From NCBI RefSeq assembly GCF_963921235.1, contig NC_086109.1, positions 65,658,001 through 65,722,000 on the forward strand: a stretch of 64,000 nt of DNA. The letters run 5' to 3'. This document shows, piece by piece, positions 12,219-23,470 of this stretch (positions are counted from its first letter, which is position 1; each line of letters starts with the position of its first letter). Source of the stretch: Mobula hypostoma. Its lineage: Eukaryota. A program made the position numbers and the translations under genes. The notes under the pieces are model-generated. The model did not search any database, was not told the DNA's origin, and saw nothing but the letters and a program-made list of their open reading frames with translations.

Positions 12219-13789
12219 TTCATCAGTCTCTGAAGGTGAATGAGCAAGTGCAGCAGGCAGTGAAGAAGGCTAATGGAATGATGGCCTTTATTACAAAGGG
12301 AATTGAGTACAAGAGCAAGGCAATCCTTTTGCATTTGTACAGGGCCCTGGTGAGACCACACCTGGAGTATTGTGTGCAGTTTTGGTCTCCAGGGTTAAGG
12401 AAGGACGTCCTGGCTGTGGAGGAGGTGCAGTGTAGGTTCACTACGTTAATTCCTGGGATGTCCGGACTGTCTTACGCAGAGAGGTTAGAGAGACTGGGCT
12501 TGTACACGCTGCAATTAAGGAGATTGAGGGGGGGATCTGATTGAGACAGATAAGATTATTAAGGGATTGGACAAGATAGAGGCAGGAAATATGTTCCAGA
12601 TGCTGGAAGAGTCCAGTACCAGAGGGCATGGTTTAAGAATAAGGGGTAGGTCATTTAGGACAGAGTTGAGGAGGAACTTCTTCTCCCAGAGAGTTGTGGA
12701 GGTGTGGAACGCGCTGCCTCAGAAGGCAGTGGAGGCCAATTCTCTGGATGCTTTCAAGAAGGAGCTAGATAGGTATCTTATGGATAGGGGAATCAAGGGT
12801 TATGGGGACAAGGCAGGAACCGGGTATTGATAGTAGATGATCAGCCATGATCTCAGAATGGCGGTGCAGGCTCGAAGGGCCGAATGGTCTACTTCTGCAC
12901 CTATTGTCTATTGAGAGTCCACTGAACCGGATTGGAAAAAGCTGCAGAAATTTGTAAACTCAGCCTGCTCCATCATGGGCTTTAGCCTCTCCAGCACTGA
13001 GGACACCTTCCAAAGGCAATGCCTCAGGAATTCATTAAGGACTCCCATCACTCAGTGTGTGCCCTCTTCTCACTGCTACATTCAAGTAGGAGGTACAGGA
13101 GCCTTCACTCACAACTCTGAATGATTGCACAATCTACAGACTCACTTTCAAGAACTCTGCAACTCATATTCTCAATATTATTTTTATTTGTAAAATTTAC
13201 CCATTCATTTCTCTTTAGAAGGTACAGATTGCCTTTCTTTTTCTAAAGGCAGTGAATTTCAGATTTTTACTCAACTAAATCTTTACATCCCTAACTAAAT
13301 CTTCATATCCCTCTACATCTTATATTCATTATTGATCCTTGAACTACTTGCTTATGTGTAATGTTTCTCTCTGTCCGATCTGACATAACCTGTTATGTAT
13401 TTATCGAACCTCCTCTCAGTATTCTTTGCCACAAGGAAAACAACCACAGCCTCTCCAGTCCATCCCTATAGCTGAAATCCCACAAATTGTAACTATCTGA
13501 CTCAACCTCTTCTCTGAAAGTTAAACACATGTACCAATGGAAATTGCAGTATTCTGCTTGATGCTCAGATTGATGGAACTTTGAATGATAAGGAAATCAA
13601 AGCATATTGAGTGTTGTTGAGTAAGTGAACAAGCCATGTCATTGAAAAGCATAGCATGGAAAATTTCATGCATAGTTAAATAGATTAAAAAACTCAAAAT
13701 AATATAAAGCCATCAGAAATGTGTATATCACTAACATAATGTCTGAATTCAAATGAATAGTTTTAGGGTCATAAAAGTTAGTGACCACT

Positions 13790-14280
13790 ATCTATTACAA
13801 GCCCACCAATGACCACAGCTCCTTTCACCCTACTTCCTGAAAGGATCCCATTCCATTCTCCTTGGTTCTCCTAACTCCATCAGATATGGAGATGACAACT
13901 TCCAAAACAATACTTCTAGGATGTCTTTGGTTTCTTTCCACAATAGTTGGGAGGTCTCTATTCCATCTCTTACATTTCTGCTCTCAATTCCCTTTCCTCT
14001 TTCCCCCAACGTGCCCAAAGCAAGGGTAGGCATCTCCTTGACCTCACCTTCCACCCCACCGCACTGTAGTTACATGACATCACCGTCAGGTCCAATATCC
14101 ACCTCTCCTTCCTGTCGGCATTCCGAATAGATAATTCCCTTTGCAACCTACTAGTTCATCTGTTCACCTTCCCACGTGACCACTGGCGTTGCAACATTTT
14201 CCCTACTAACTCCGTTCTTCCCACAGTCCAAGGACTCAAACACTCCTTCTTGGTGAAGCAGTGATTCACTTGCACTTCTT
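13790..14280 (+). mobile_element. Degraded Penelope-like element fragment
   Basis: Similar to the RT-to-GIY-YIG linker of the copies at 46315-46821 and 61043-61520 (e.g. gtccaaggactcaaacactccttc...gtgaagcagtgattcacttgcac). Confidence 0.6.
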
Positions 14281-16042
14281 CAGAAGGTGATAGAAGCAGG
14301 TTGAACTAGCAACCTCTGAAAAACATTTGGAAAAGTTTAGATGGATATAGGGCAAACAAAGGCAAACAGGATTAGCACAGGCATCCCCGTTGACATGAGC
14401 AAGTTGGGCCAAAGTGCCTGATTCCATGCTGTAGGACTCCAAGAATCTAATCTGACTCCTATTTTTAGTAAAGCCCTAATCATAGGGACTGTCAATATAA
14501 CACACAAGATTATTACTTGGTTTGTGTTAGATGGTTTAGGCCGGCAGAGCTGTTAGACCTGTGGAAAGGGTATTCCATTCTTTTAACCTTTGTCAGAATC
14601 AGAATCAGGTTTAATATCAGTGGCATATGTCATGAAATCTGTTAACTTTGTGGCAGCTGTGCAATGCAATACATGATAATAGAGAGAAAAAGTAAACTGA
14701 ACTACAGTATATATACAGTGTGTATGTATAAATATATATAATTAAATAGTTAAATTAAATAAGTAGTGCTAAAAAGGGAAATTTGTAGAGACAAGAGTGG
14801 TCTTGAGATCCAACTATATGGCTGATAATTTTACAAAAATAACTAGTTCAAAACCAATACATACTTGTAAGTATGCTACTTAGTCATCTTAAAGTAAAAC
14901 TATTGACACTGAATGGACCCCAAGAAATTATCTATAAGTCATGTAAAGGTGAATCTATGAATTATATTTCAAGACATTTCATTTCAGAAAGGATGCTTCA
15001 CCATCAAATTGTCCAAACAAAAGTCCCTGCAACATCAGAGTCATGATCAAGTAAGATATACTAACAAACTTTTAAAACATCTTTCAAGATAATGCAATAC
15101 TCCCCCAACCCCCATCTAGATCAACAGTGGGAACGGGTTTACGTGAGGGATGCATTGATCATTTCTACGTTTAAAAGACCCTTCTCCTTGTCCAAGAATA
15201 TAATCATCAATTGAAATCATTGCATCTCATAGACTGACAACAGACATTTTGCATGTCCAGAGAGACTCCGATTAAATCTGTGAGTAGATTCAACATTATT
15301 TGTAGTTACTGCATTCACAATTTAACGCCTTTCAGATGCAAGTCATCTTTAACCAACCTGTTAAAGTAGGTTTATAATCACTCCGGTGTCGAGGTTTTCA
15401 ATTACTGGTTCCAGCGGCGAGTTCAAATGATCTCCTGATTAATTTCTGTACCTGACGTACAATGGAACGGATATAATTAAATGTTTGTTCAAACTGTATT
15501 TCACGTTCGTCCTAGTTCAGTTTGCGGCAACTTTACTATCAATGACTATTAAACCTCCAGCACGATATCAAAACTGGTTCCACCAAACAGTTCCAACCAA
15601 CTCTGTTAATAATTCAATGACGTGTCGGAAAGCAACATAGCAAGCAAAACACAAATCAATGGCAGTGACGTATGTAGTCAGGTCTAATTCCAAAAGCAGC
15701 TTTTAAACGCTCTCGGGCAAACACCTATTGCAAAATAACGTTTTGCAAACATGCGATATAGCGATGAAGCTTACGCATAGACAAAGGCCCGGAGAAGATA
15801 AAACTGGGTCAGGACAGCTGTCACCAGTTGAACCCTCCCCTTTTGGCGTCTGATGATAACAGTTCATTGGCCTTGCTTAGTACGCACGTTGTCTCTGGGC
15901 GCTGGGGGATTTGCGTGGATGTTTTCGTATTGTAAATCGATGTTTTCATCAGAAACGTAAACTCACAGTTCAAACTTTTCCGTGTTTCATCTGTCCAGCC
16001 TGCCTTTACACCAGAATCATCTGTCTGTAAGGTAGCGCTCAC

Positions 16043-16140
16043 TTGTCGGCGTTCAGCGTCAGCTAGGAATGGCGTGGTTGCATTCCACCTTCAAAGTAAT
16101 AGAAACGCCCCCAGAGTATCTCCAGCTCAGGAACTGTTTG
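16043..16140 (-). other. Probable non-coding first exon of the MARCHF gene (5' limit unknown)
   Basis: Strong minus-strand donor inside the CpG island, upstream of the exon starting at 4262. Confidence 0.5.
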
Positions 16141-16189
16141 TTGTAATATCTCCAAACTACTGGTGCTCGCTATCATTCCGGCGCGAAAG

Positions 16190-16278
16190 TAACACGAGAA
16201 TAAGGCGTACAGGACTCAGAACTAGGAAGCAGTTCTCCCGTGCGGGCACAGAGATGGGGTCGGCTGCTGCGGGCTGAG
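16190..16278 (+). other. Probable first exon of an unidentified divergent transcript (5' limit unknown)
   Basis: Donor GAG|GTGAGC at 16279. Contains a 7-codon ATG..TGA mini-ORF (MGSAAAG) just before the donor. Confidence 0.45.
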
Positions 16279-16294
16279 GTGAGCAGGAATTGCA

Positions 16295-17100
16295 GAATCG
16301 GAATCGGGTTTATTGTCACAGACATGTGTCATGAATTTTGTTGTTTTGGATAGTGCAGAGGCATAATATTGCTGTAAATTGTAAAATAAATAATGCATTT
16401 TAAAAAGGGGATAACGAACTAGTGTTTATGGTTCACAGACCGTTCAGTAATCTAACGGCCGAGGGGAAGAAGTTTTTCCTGGATTGTTGATTGAGGATGT
16501 ACCTCCTCCCCGATGGTATGACGAGAGGTGGGCATGCCCCGGATGATGAGGACCCTTAGTGATCCGTGCCGCCTTCTTGAGACACCACCTTGCCCTTGAT
16601 GTTGGAGAGAGCTGCACCCATCTGCAGCTTCTTTCGGTCCTGTGCATTGGAACTTCCAGACCAGGCTGTGGTGCAAGCTGTAGAATGCTCTCCACTGTAT
16701 ATCTTGTAGAAATTTGCTGGAGTCTGTATCACTTCAGATTAGAGTTGCCGGCATATACCTTCTTCGTGATCGCATCAATGAATGCGGCTCAAAATAGAGC
16801 TTGTGTGGATACCGACACCCACCTTCTCCGCCGCTGACGTCTCCTTCCTGAAGCTGACAATCGGCTCCTTGGCCTTACTGATGTTAAGTGCGAGGTTGTT
16901 GTTACCCCCAACGTTCAAGCAGCCGATCTATCTCACTCCGGTATGTCTCTTTGTCACTTTCTGACGTTCTGCCAGCAACGGTGGTGTCATCGGCGAATTT
17001 ACAGATGGCGCTGGAGCGGTGCTGAGCCACCCGGTCATGGTTGGAGAGTTGAGCGGTGGGCTAAGCACACACCCTTGGAGAAGTTATTACTGATCTGCAC
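16295..17100 (-). mobile_element. Rex1/Babar-like LINE 3' remnant adjoining the promoter
   Basis: (AGAATC)n-type tail at ~16295-16310; homologous to 18400-19200; CpGs unusually retained. Confidence 0.7.
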
Positions 17101-20100
17101 TGTTTTGTACAGTTTATAAATCTTGGAAAAATTCTACCTAACATGTTTTTTTTTGTTTGGCTGACGCTTATTGCACAGAATAGAGGTAGATCATTCAGCA
17201 GGACATGCAGGAGTCAGGATTGGAGATAGGCATGCACCAGACTAGGGAGGTATGGCAGAGTTCCGCCCTTGAAGGATGCTGGTGAACTAGACCACTAGAC
17301 TGAGGTTTATTTTCAACTATCCAGGACAACCATTGTGAATATCAAATAACCCTGTTTTGGGTTCAATGACTAAGCATTTGAAGCCTCCTGGTTAGGGAAT
17401 TCCAAAAATTCACCATCCTCTTGTTTAAGAAGTTTCTTATAATACCTGTCCTGAATTCCTGCCCCATATTTTCCAACTGTACTGAACACTGTTTCTATGA
17501 ACACCAGACTGGGGAAAGGACAACTTTGCATCTACCCCGTCAAGCCCCAGGAATTTTAAGTATCATCCCTGCAAACTGGGTTCAATTCTGCTGCTGTCTT
17601 TAAGGAGTTTGTAGTTTCACCCTGTGACTGTTGGTTTCTTCCAGATGCTTTGGTTCCCTCCCACATTCCAAAGACACATGGATTAGTAGGTTATTTAGCT
17701 GGATAGGTAATTGGGTGGTATGGGGATCATTGGGCCAATCTCTAAATTTACTGTTTGCCTTCCTAATTGCTTGGCAAACTTTCATGTTAACTTCAGTTGT
17801 TCCAGTAAAAGGATACTCAACTCATTCTGAAACCCCACATTTTTCAATCGCTCAGCAGTTAAAAACATACTCTGCTTTTCTATTGCCCAACCTCAATTTT
17901 TCCACATTGTTTCTTACTCAAAGCTTTTCTGTCTTCTTCCATGGAGATAGGCATAAAATTGTTGTTTAATTTCTCTGACATTTCGTTATCACTGAATATA
18001 ATCGCTCCCGTTTCAGATCGTAAGATATCCATATAAACTTTTAACTGATCTTTTTCGTCTTTTCAACATAAATCTTCTTGTTTTTATGCTTTTCAATAGA
18101 CTTCTTTTGTATTCTGTTTTCTTTTTTTAACAACATCCTCAAGGTTAAAAGTAAATTTAATATCAAAGTATATACCTGTCACCATACACATTTTCTTGCA
18201 GGCATACTCAATAAATCCAATAACCATAGTAGAATCGATGAAAAACCGCACAAACTGGGTGAACAACCAGTGTGCAAAAGACAATAGACTGTGCAAATAC
18301 AAAAAGAAAGTATAAATGACTGAATCAATGTATAAACAAACAAACGAGCAACCAATAGATATTGAGAACATAATGAAGAATCCTTGAAAGTGAGTCCATA
18401 GGTTGTTGGAACATTTCAGAGATGGGGCAAGTGAAATTAACCCCTTTGGTTCAAGAGCCTGATGGCTGAGGGGTAATAACTGTTCCTGAACCTACTGGTG
18501 TGAATCCTGACACTCCTGTACCATCTTCCTGATTTCAGCAGCAAGAAGAGAGCATGGCCTGACTGGTGCCCCTGATGATGGATGCTGCTTTACTGCAACA
18601 ATGCTCCATGTAGATGTGCTCAATGGTGTGGAGGGTTTTACCCATGATGGGCTGAGCTGTATCCAATACTTATAGGATTTTTCACTCAAAGGCCAGTCAA
18701 TATACTCTCCACCACACATCTATAGAAGTTTGTCAAAGTTTTAGGTGTCATGCCAAATCTTCACAAACTCCTAGGGAAGTAGATGCACTGCTGTATGTTC
18801 TTTATAATTGTACTTACAAGCTCGGCCCAGGACAGTTCCTCTGAAATTATAACACCAGGAAATTTAAAGTTTCCATCCCTGTCCACTTCTGATCCCCTGA
18901 TGAGGACTGGCTCATGGACCTCCAGCTTCCTCCTCCTTGGAGTCTATAATCAGCTCCTTGGTCTTGCTGACATTGAGTAAGAGGTTGTTATTATTGCACC
19001 AATCAGTCCCCCTCCTATATGCTGATTCATCACCACCTTTGATTTGGCTAATGGCAGTGGTGTCGTCAGCAGACTTGAATATGGCATTGAAGCTGTGCTT
19101 AGCTATGCAGTCATAGGTGTAAAGTGAGTAGAGCAGGATGCTAAGTACACAGCCTTGTGGTGCACCAGTGCTGATGGAGGTTATGGAGGAGATGTTGCCA
19201 ATCCATACTGACTGGGGTTTGAAAGTGTGGAAATCGTGGATCCAATTGCACAAGGAGGTATTGAGGCTAAGGTCTTGAAGCTTAATGATTAGTTTTGAGG
19301 GGATGATAGCATTGAAAGCCAAGCTGTAGTTGATAAAGATCATCTTGATGCATGCATCTTTACCATCCAGATGTTACAGGCTTGAGTGAAGATCCAATGA
19401 GATTGCATCTGCTGTGGCCCTTTTGTGCTGGTAGGCAAATTGGAACAGATCCAAATCACTTCTCTGAAAGGATTTGATATGTTTCATCACCACCTTCTCA
19501 AAACACTTCATCACTGTGGATGTAAGTGCTGTTGGATGATAGTCATTTAGGCAGGTTACCACATTCTTAGGCACCGGTATAATCGAAGCCTGCTTCAAAC
19601 AGGTCGGTACCTCAGACTGCCAAAGTAAGAGGTTGAAGATCTCAGTGAACAGTCTAGTCAGTTAATCAACACAGGTCTTTAGTACTTGGTCTATCTGGGC
19701 TGGATGCTTTCCATGGGTTCACCTTCCTTACAATTTGCTCACACCTTGGCCTCAGAGACTGAAGTCACAGGATCATCAGGGGCTGTGGGAGTTCAGAAAG
19801 GTTCCTGTATAATTTGACAGTCAAAGTGAGCATAGAAAAGCATTGAGCTCATCTGGAAGTGAAGCACTGTTGTCACTTTGCCTCTTGATTTTACTTTAAA
19901 AGAGGTGAATGTATTCAAAGCTATGCCACAACTGATGAGCGTCCGACATTGATTCATGTTTTGTCCGGAATTGCCACTTCACCTATGAGATGGCTTTCCA
20001 GTGACCTTACGTGGACCTCTTGTAACTTCCTTGGTCACTAGACATAAATACCTTTGACCTGGCCGTTAGTAGATTATGGATCTCATGGTTCATCCAGGGC

Positions 20101-20853
20101 TTCTGATTGGGGAAATCTCTAAATAATTTTATGAGGACACACTGGTCCACAACGGTTTTTATAATGTCCATGACAACCATGGTGAATTTACTCAGATCCA
20201 CAAATGAGTCCTTGAACAGAGCCCTAAACACTGACTTGAAACAATCCCATAGCTGCTCCTCTGTCTCCGTGACCACCTGTTGTCCTATTCTCTGGAGCCT
20301 TGCTCTTTAGCCTCTTCCTGTACGCAGGTAGGAGAAGGACAGCCAAGTGATCAGATTTCCAAAGGTGCCTTCTGGGCATGGAACAGTAAGCATTCCTTAT
20401 CTTCGTATAACAGTGGTCTAGTGTTTCGGGACCTTGGGAGCTACAGGCTATATGCTGATGGTAATTGGGCAGCAATTTCTTTAAATAAGCCAGATTGAAA
20501 TCCCCGACTATGATATGGAATAGCATTCAGATGGACAGTTTCTTGTTTGATAATCGCTCATGAAGTATCTCAAGTCCCTGATTACAATCGGCCGCTGGTG
20601 GTATGTCAGCTGTGGTCAGGATCACGGAGGAGAACTCCCTTGGTAAATAGAATGGACGACATTTGTTTGATCATTAGATGTTCAAGATCAGGGGAACACA
20701 AGTTCAACAAAACCACCACATAGAGTTCATCATGAAACACACACCTCTGTCTCTTGCCTTTTCTGAATCCACAGTTCAGTCCATCCTGTGTATTTAGAAG
20801 CTTTCAAGTCTGATTGCCGTATTTGGCATGCTGGGAGTAAGCCATGTCTCAGT

Positions 20854-21311
20854 CAGTCAGTGGGTGCCGTCCCAAATCCAGGGTTGGCGGCTATGCACTT
20901 CCATCTTCTTCGATCTTGTGACAGCAGTGAGTACAGCCTCTCCTCCAGCTTGTTCTCGCTGGCCGCCTTGGCACCGCCTGCTGCCGCCCCCGCCAAACTT
21001 GAGCGTCCAGCCGCGGCTGCTTCTTCGAGCTCGGCCCTTCCTTAGGTGGAGGCCTTGGGCAGGTCCAGGCACACGGTGCAGCGCCCAAGTTCATCATGTC
21101 TCTTCTAACTAGGTGCATAGCATACGATTCGTAGATATGTGGTGAGGCTTTAATCTCTTCCACAGAAGATGGCCTTTGGCTTACAAGGAGTTCATCCGTC
21201 CTTTGTCAGTTCTTGTTTTTCTCAGTCCTGCTGGGTGTCTTCACACCCTCCTCACCAGACTGTCCGGTGGGGGAGCTGGCCTAAGTCGCCGACTATAGCC
21301 CCTGGCCGAGC
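20854..21311 (-). mobile_element. 458-bp chimeric non-autonomous retroposon with an RTE-like 3' end and a captured host-gene fragment
   Basis: 13-bp TSD gccatgtctcagt (20841-20853 and 21312-21324). The 3' part encodes QDRRRWKCIAANPGFGT followed by an (ACTG)n tail. Confidence 0.75.
20921..21082 (-). pseudogene. ZFTRAF1: Circularly permuted fragment of ZFTRAF1/CYHR1 N-terminal coding sequence
   Basis: Minus strand: gc TGC ACC GTG TGC CTG GAC CTG CCC AAG GCC TCC ([11 protein letters not shown]) precedes ...[12 protein letters not shown]+t. Joining the two ends restores [22 protein letters not shown], matching recalled ZFTRAF1 [22 protein letters not shown]. Confidence 0.85.
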
Positions 21312-21789
21312 GCCATGTCTCAGTAAAACGCAGAATAAAACAATTTCTCATTTCTCTTCAATACACTAATCTTGCCCTCAGGTCCTCAATCGTTCTCCAG
21401 CGACTACATATTTGCAAACAAGATGCTGCGTTAGAGGAGGACTCATTTTTTTTTTGTGTTTCAGCCTGGCTTGGAATACCTCTGTCCTGCCTTGCTTCCA
21501 GCCATAGTGATGGACCTTTGCTTAAAAATGCTGTACCTGCTTGCTTGAGAGTTAAATCTACCCAGTTCTTCAGATGATCGTGGGATCTGTAGTTCATTAA
21601 GTCGATTTAAAAGTACATCGCTTGAAGGGAAATTACATGCTGTAGACTGTAGTGAGAGTAATTCAAAAGAAGATTATTTACTGGTCTTCTTCTGTTGAAT
21701 TCTGTAACTTATCAATTTTCAGGTTTAATGCTTCATTTGGCATCACAGCCTGCCTTTTGTTTTGCTCTACTACATTCAACTTCTGGACA

Positions 21790-23470
21790 CTGAGTACACA
21801 GCAAAATGTATATTCGGTTGCTGTTAATCGATTACAGCTCAGCATTCAATATCATCATCCCCTCAGTATTAATCGCAAAGTGTCTAAACCTGAGCCTTTG
21901 TACCTCCCCCTGCAAATGGATCCTTCATTTCCTTATTGGGAGACCACAGTTAGTATGGATTGGTGATGACATCTCCTCCTTGCTGTTGGATCTGGATATA
22001 ATGTTGTCCAGATTGTTGTTGGGAAGTCAAAAATGAGGTGGAAATGTCACGGTTACAGCCATTTTGTTAGCTGCTCACCATAATACAGGTCAGATCGACT
22101 CAACCTGTATCAGCAAGGCAAGTAACACAAAGGCAAAAACAAAAGACAAATGTTCACTATTTATTGTGCAAAGTAGTTGAAGCTGATTAGATAAGGGAGT
22201 TGTCTTTAGAAGGAACAGTCTGTGAAACAACAAGGACAATCTTGACTTGTGCTACCATAATATCTTGGGCTCACAGACAAAGAAGCGATCGTAGTATTTA
22301 GAACCATGTACAAATAACTGAAAATCTACCAATAATTTACAGGCAAACAGCTGAATATACAAATATATAAGCAAGAATAACAAAATTTTAAAAAACAGAA
22401 AAGTAACAATTGAAATAGCAGTTTAGACTTTAATCCAGCATTGCTGACAATCAACACAGGCACTCCTCTAGGCTAGTGCTCGATTCTCTCTATACTCATG
22501 TCTGTGTAGATAAGCACCACTCAAATGCATATGCACTGTACAGGATTTATACTTTCTCCCCACTGACTGCTTGGGTTTCCTCCAGGTGCTCTAGTTTCCT
22601 CCCACATTCTAAAGACCTATGGGTTAGTAGGTTTATTGGTCACATGTGTATAATTGGGTAGTGCGAGCTTGTTGGGCCAGAAGGCCCTGTTACTGTGCTG
22701 TATCTCTAAACAAAATAAAAATAAAAATTCAGAGATGACACCACTGTTGTTGGAAAAACCTTAGATGGCAATGAGGAGTCGTATAGGAGTGAGATAGATC
22801 AGCTGGATGAGTATTGTCACAACAACATCAGCAAGACTAGGAAATTGACTGTGGACTGCAGGAATGGGAAGTCAGGAGAACGTGCACTAGTCCTCAGTGA
22901 GAGATCAGTGTTGGAAAGGGTGAGCAGCTTCAAGTTCATGGTTGTCAGCACCTCAAAGGATCTATCTTGGGCCCAGTACATTATTGCAATAATGAAGAAT
23001 GCATGCCATTGACGCTGCTTTTTAAGGAGTTTGTGGAGATTTGAATGACACCAAATACTCCCTTAAGTTTCTATAGATGTATTCTGGAGAGCATGCTGAC
23101 TGGTTTCATCACAGCCTGGTATGGAGGCTTCAATGCACAGGATCATAGAATCTGCAGACTCGGCCAGTTCTATCGTGAGCACAACCCTCCCTAGCATCAA
23201 AGTCACCTTAAAGAGGTGATGCCTGAAGAAGGCAGCACACATCATTAAGGACTGTCTCCATCCAAGATATGCCCTCTTCTTGTTACAGTACTACCTTCAG
23301 GGAGGAGGTACAGGAGCCTGAAGGTACACACTCAATGATTCAGGTACAGCACCTTCCCCTCTGCCACCGGATTTCTGAAAGGTCCATGATCCCATGAACA
23401 CTAGCTTACTATTTCATTTTTGCACCATTTATGTATTTGATAATTTATTACCTTCGTTGGATATTTATTA
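21790..23470 (+). mobile_element. Degraded Rex1/Babar-like LINE RT and 3' end with nested insertions
   Basis: [19 protein letters not shown]...[13 protein letters not shown]; the RT continues from ~22440 after an insertion; V-SINE nested at ~22520-22720. Confidence 0.7.

Larger units (their letters stand above)
10221..12913 (+). mobile_element. 5'-truncated, young CR1 LINE (APE C-terminus + RT)
   Basis: ORFs 10153-10947, 11110-12144, 12080-12544 and 12567-12830: GDFN, SDHN, KSPGPDG, NYRPVSLTS, YLDFQKAF, GVPQGSVLGP, KFADD; (CTATTGT) tail. Confidence 0.95.
9310..13190 (+). mobile_element. Degraded Rex1/Babar-like LINE, interrupted by a young CR1
   Basis: RT C-terminal motifs (KFGNDTAFVG...KTKELIMDFRK...FKFLGVNISDDLSW) to ~10220; host resumes at ~12914. 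Confidence 0.8.
15380..17080. promoter_or_regulatory. CpG-rich, probably bidirectional promoter
   Basis: CpG-dense compared with the depleted flanks. Divergent donors CAA|GTGAGC (-; exon end 16043) and GAG|GTGAGC (+; exon end 16278). E2F-type TTTCGCGCC on - at 16180-16188. TGACGT CRE/ATF half sites near 15453, 15618 and 15666. Confidence 0.7.
18140..21750 (-). mobile_element. Near full-length degraded Rex1/Babar-like LINE (APE + RT)
   Basis: IEDLRARLVY...FTETWL, IVGDFN, TLDHCY, SDHLAVLL, IIPVPK...[33 protein letters not shown]. Interrupted at 20854-21311. Confidence 0.85.

Noticed and set aside
20788-21163. Overlapping GC-rich ORFs as a real gene or second CpG-island promoter
   Set aside because: They lie within a TSD-bounded insert, and the ZFTRAF1 block is permuted, frameshifted and has a stop.
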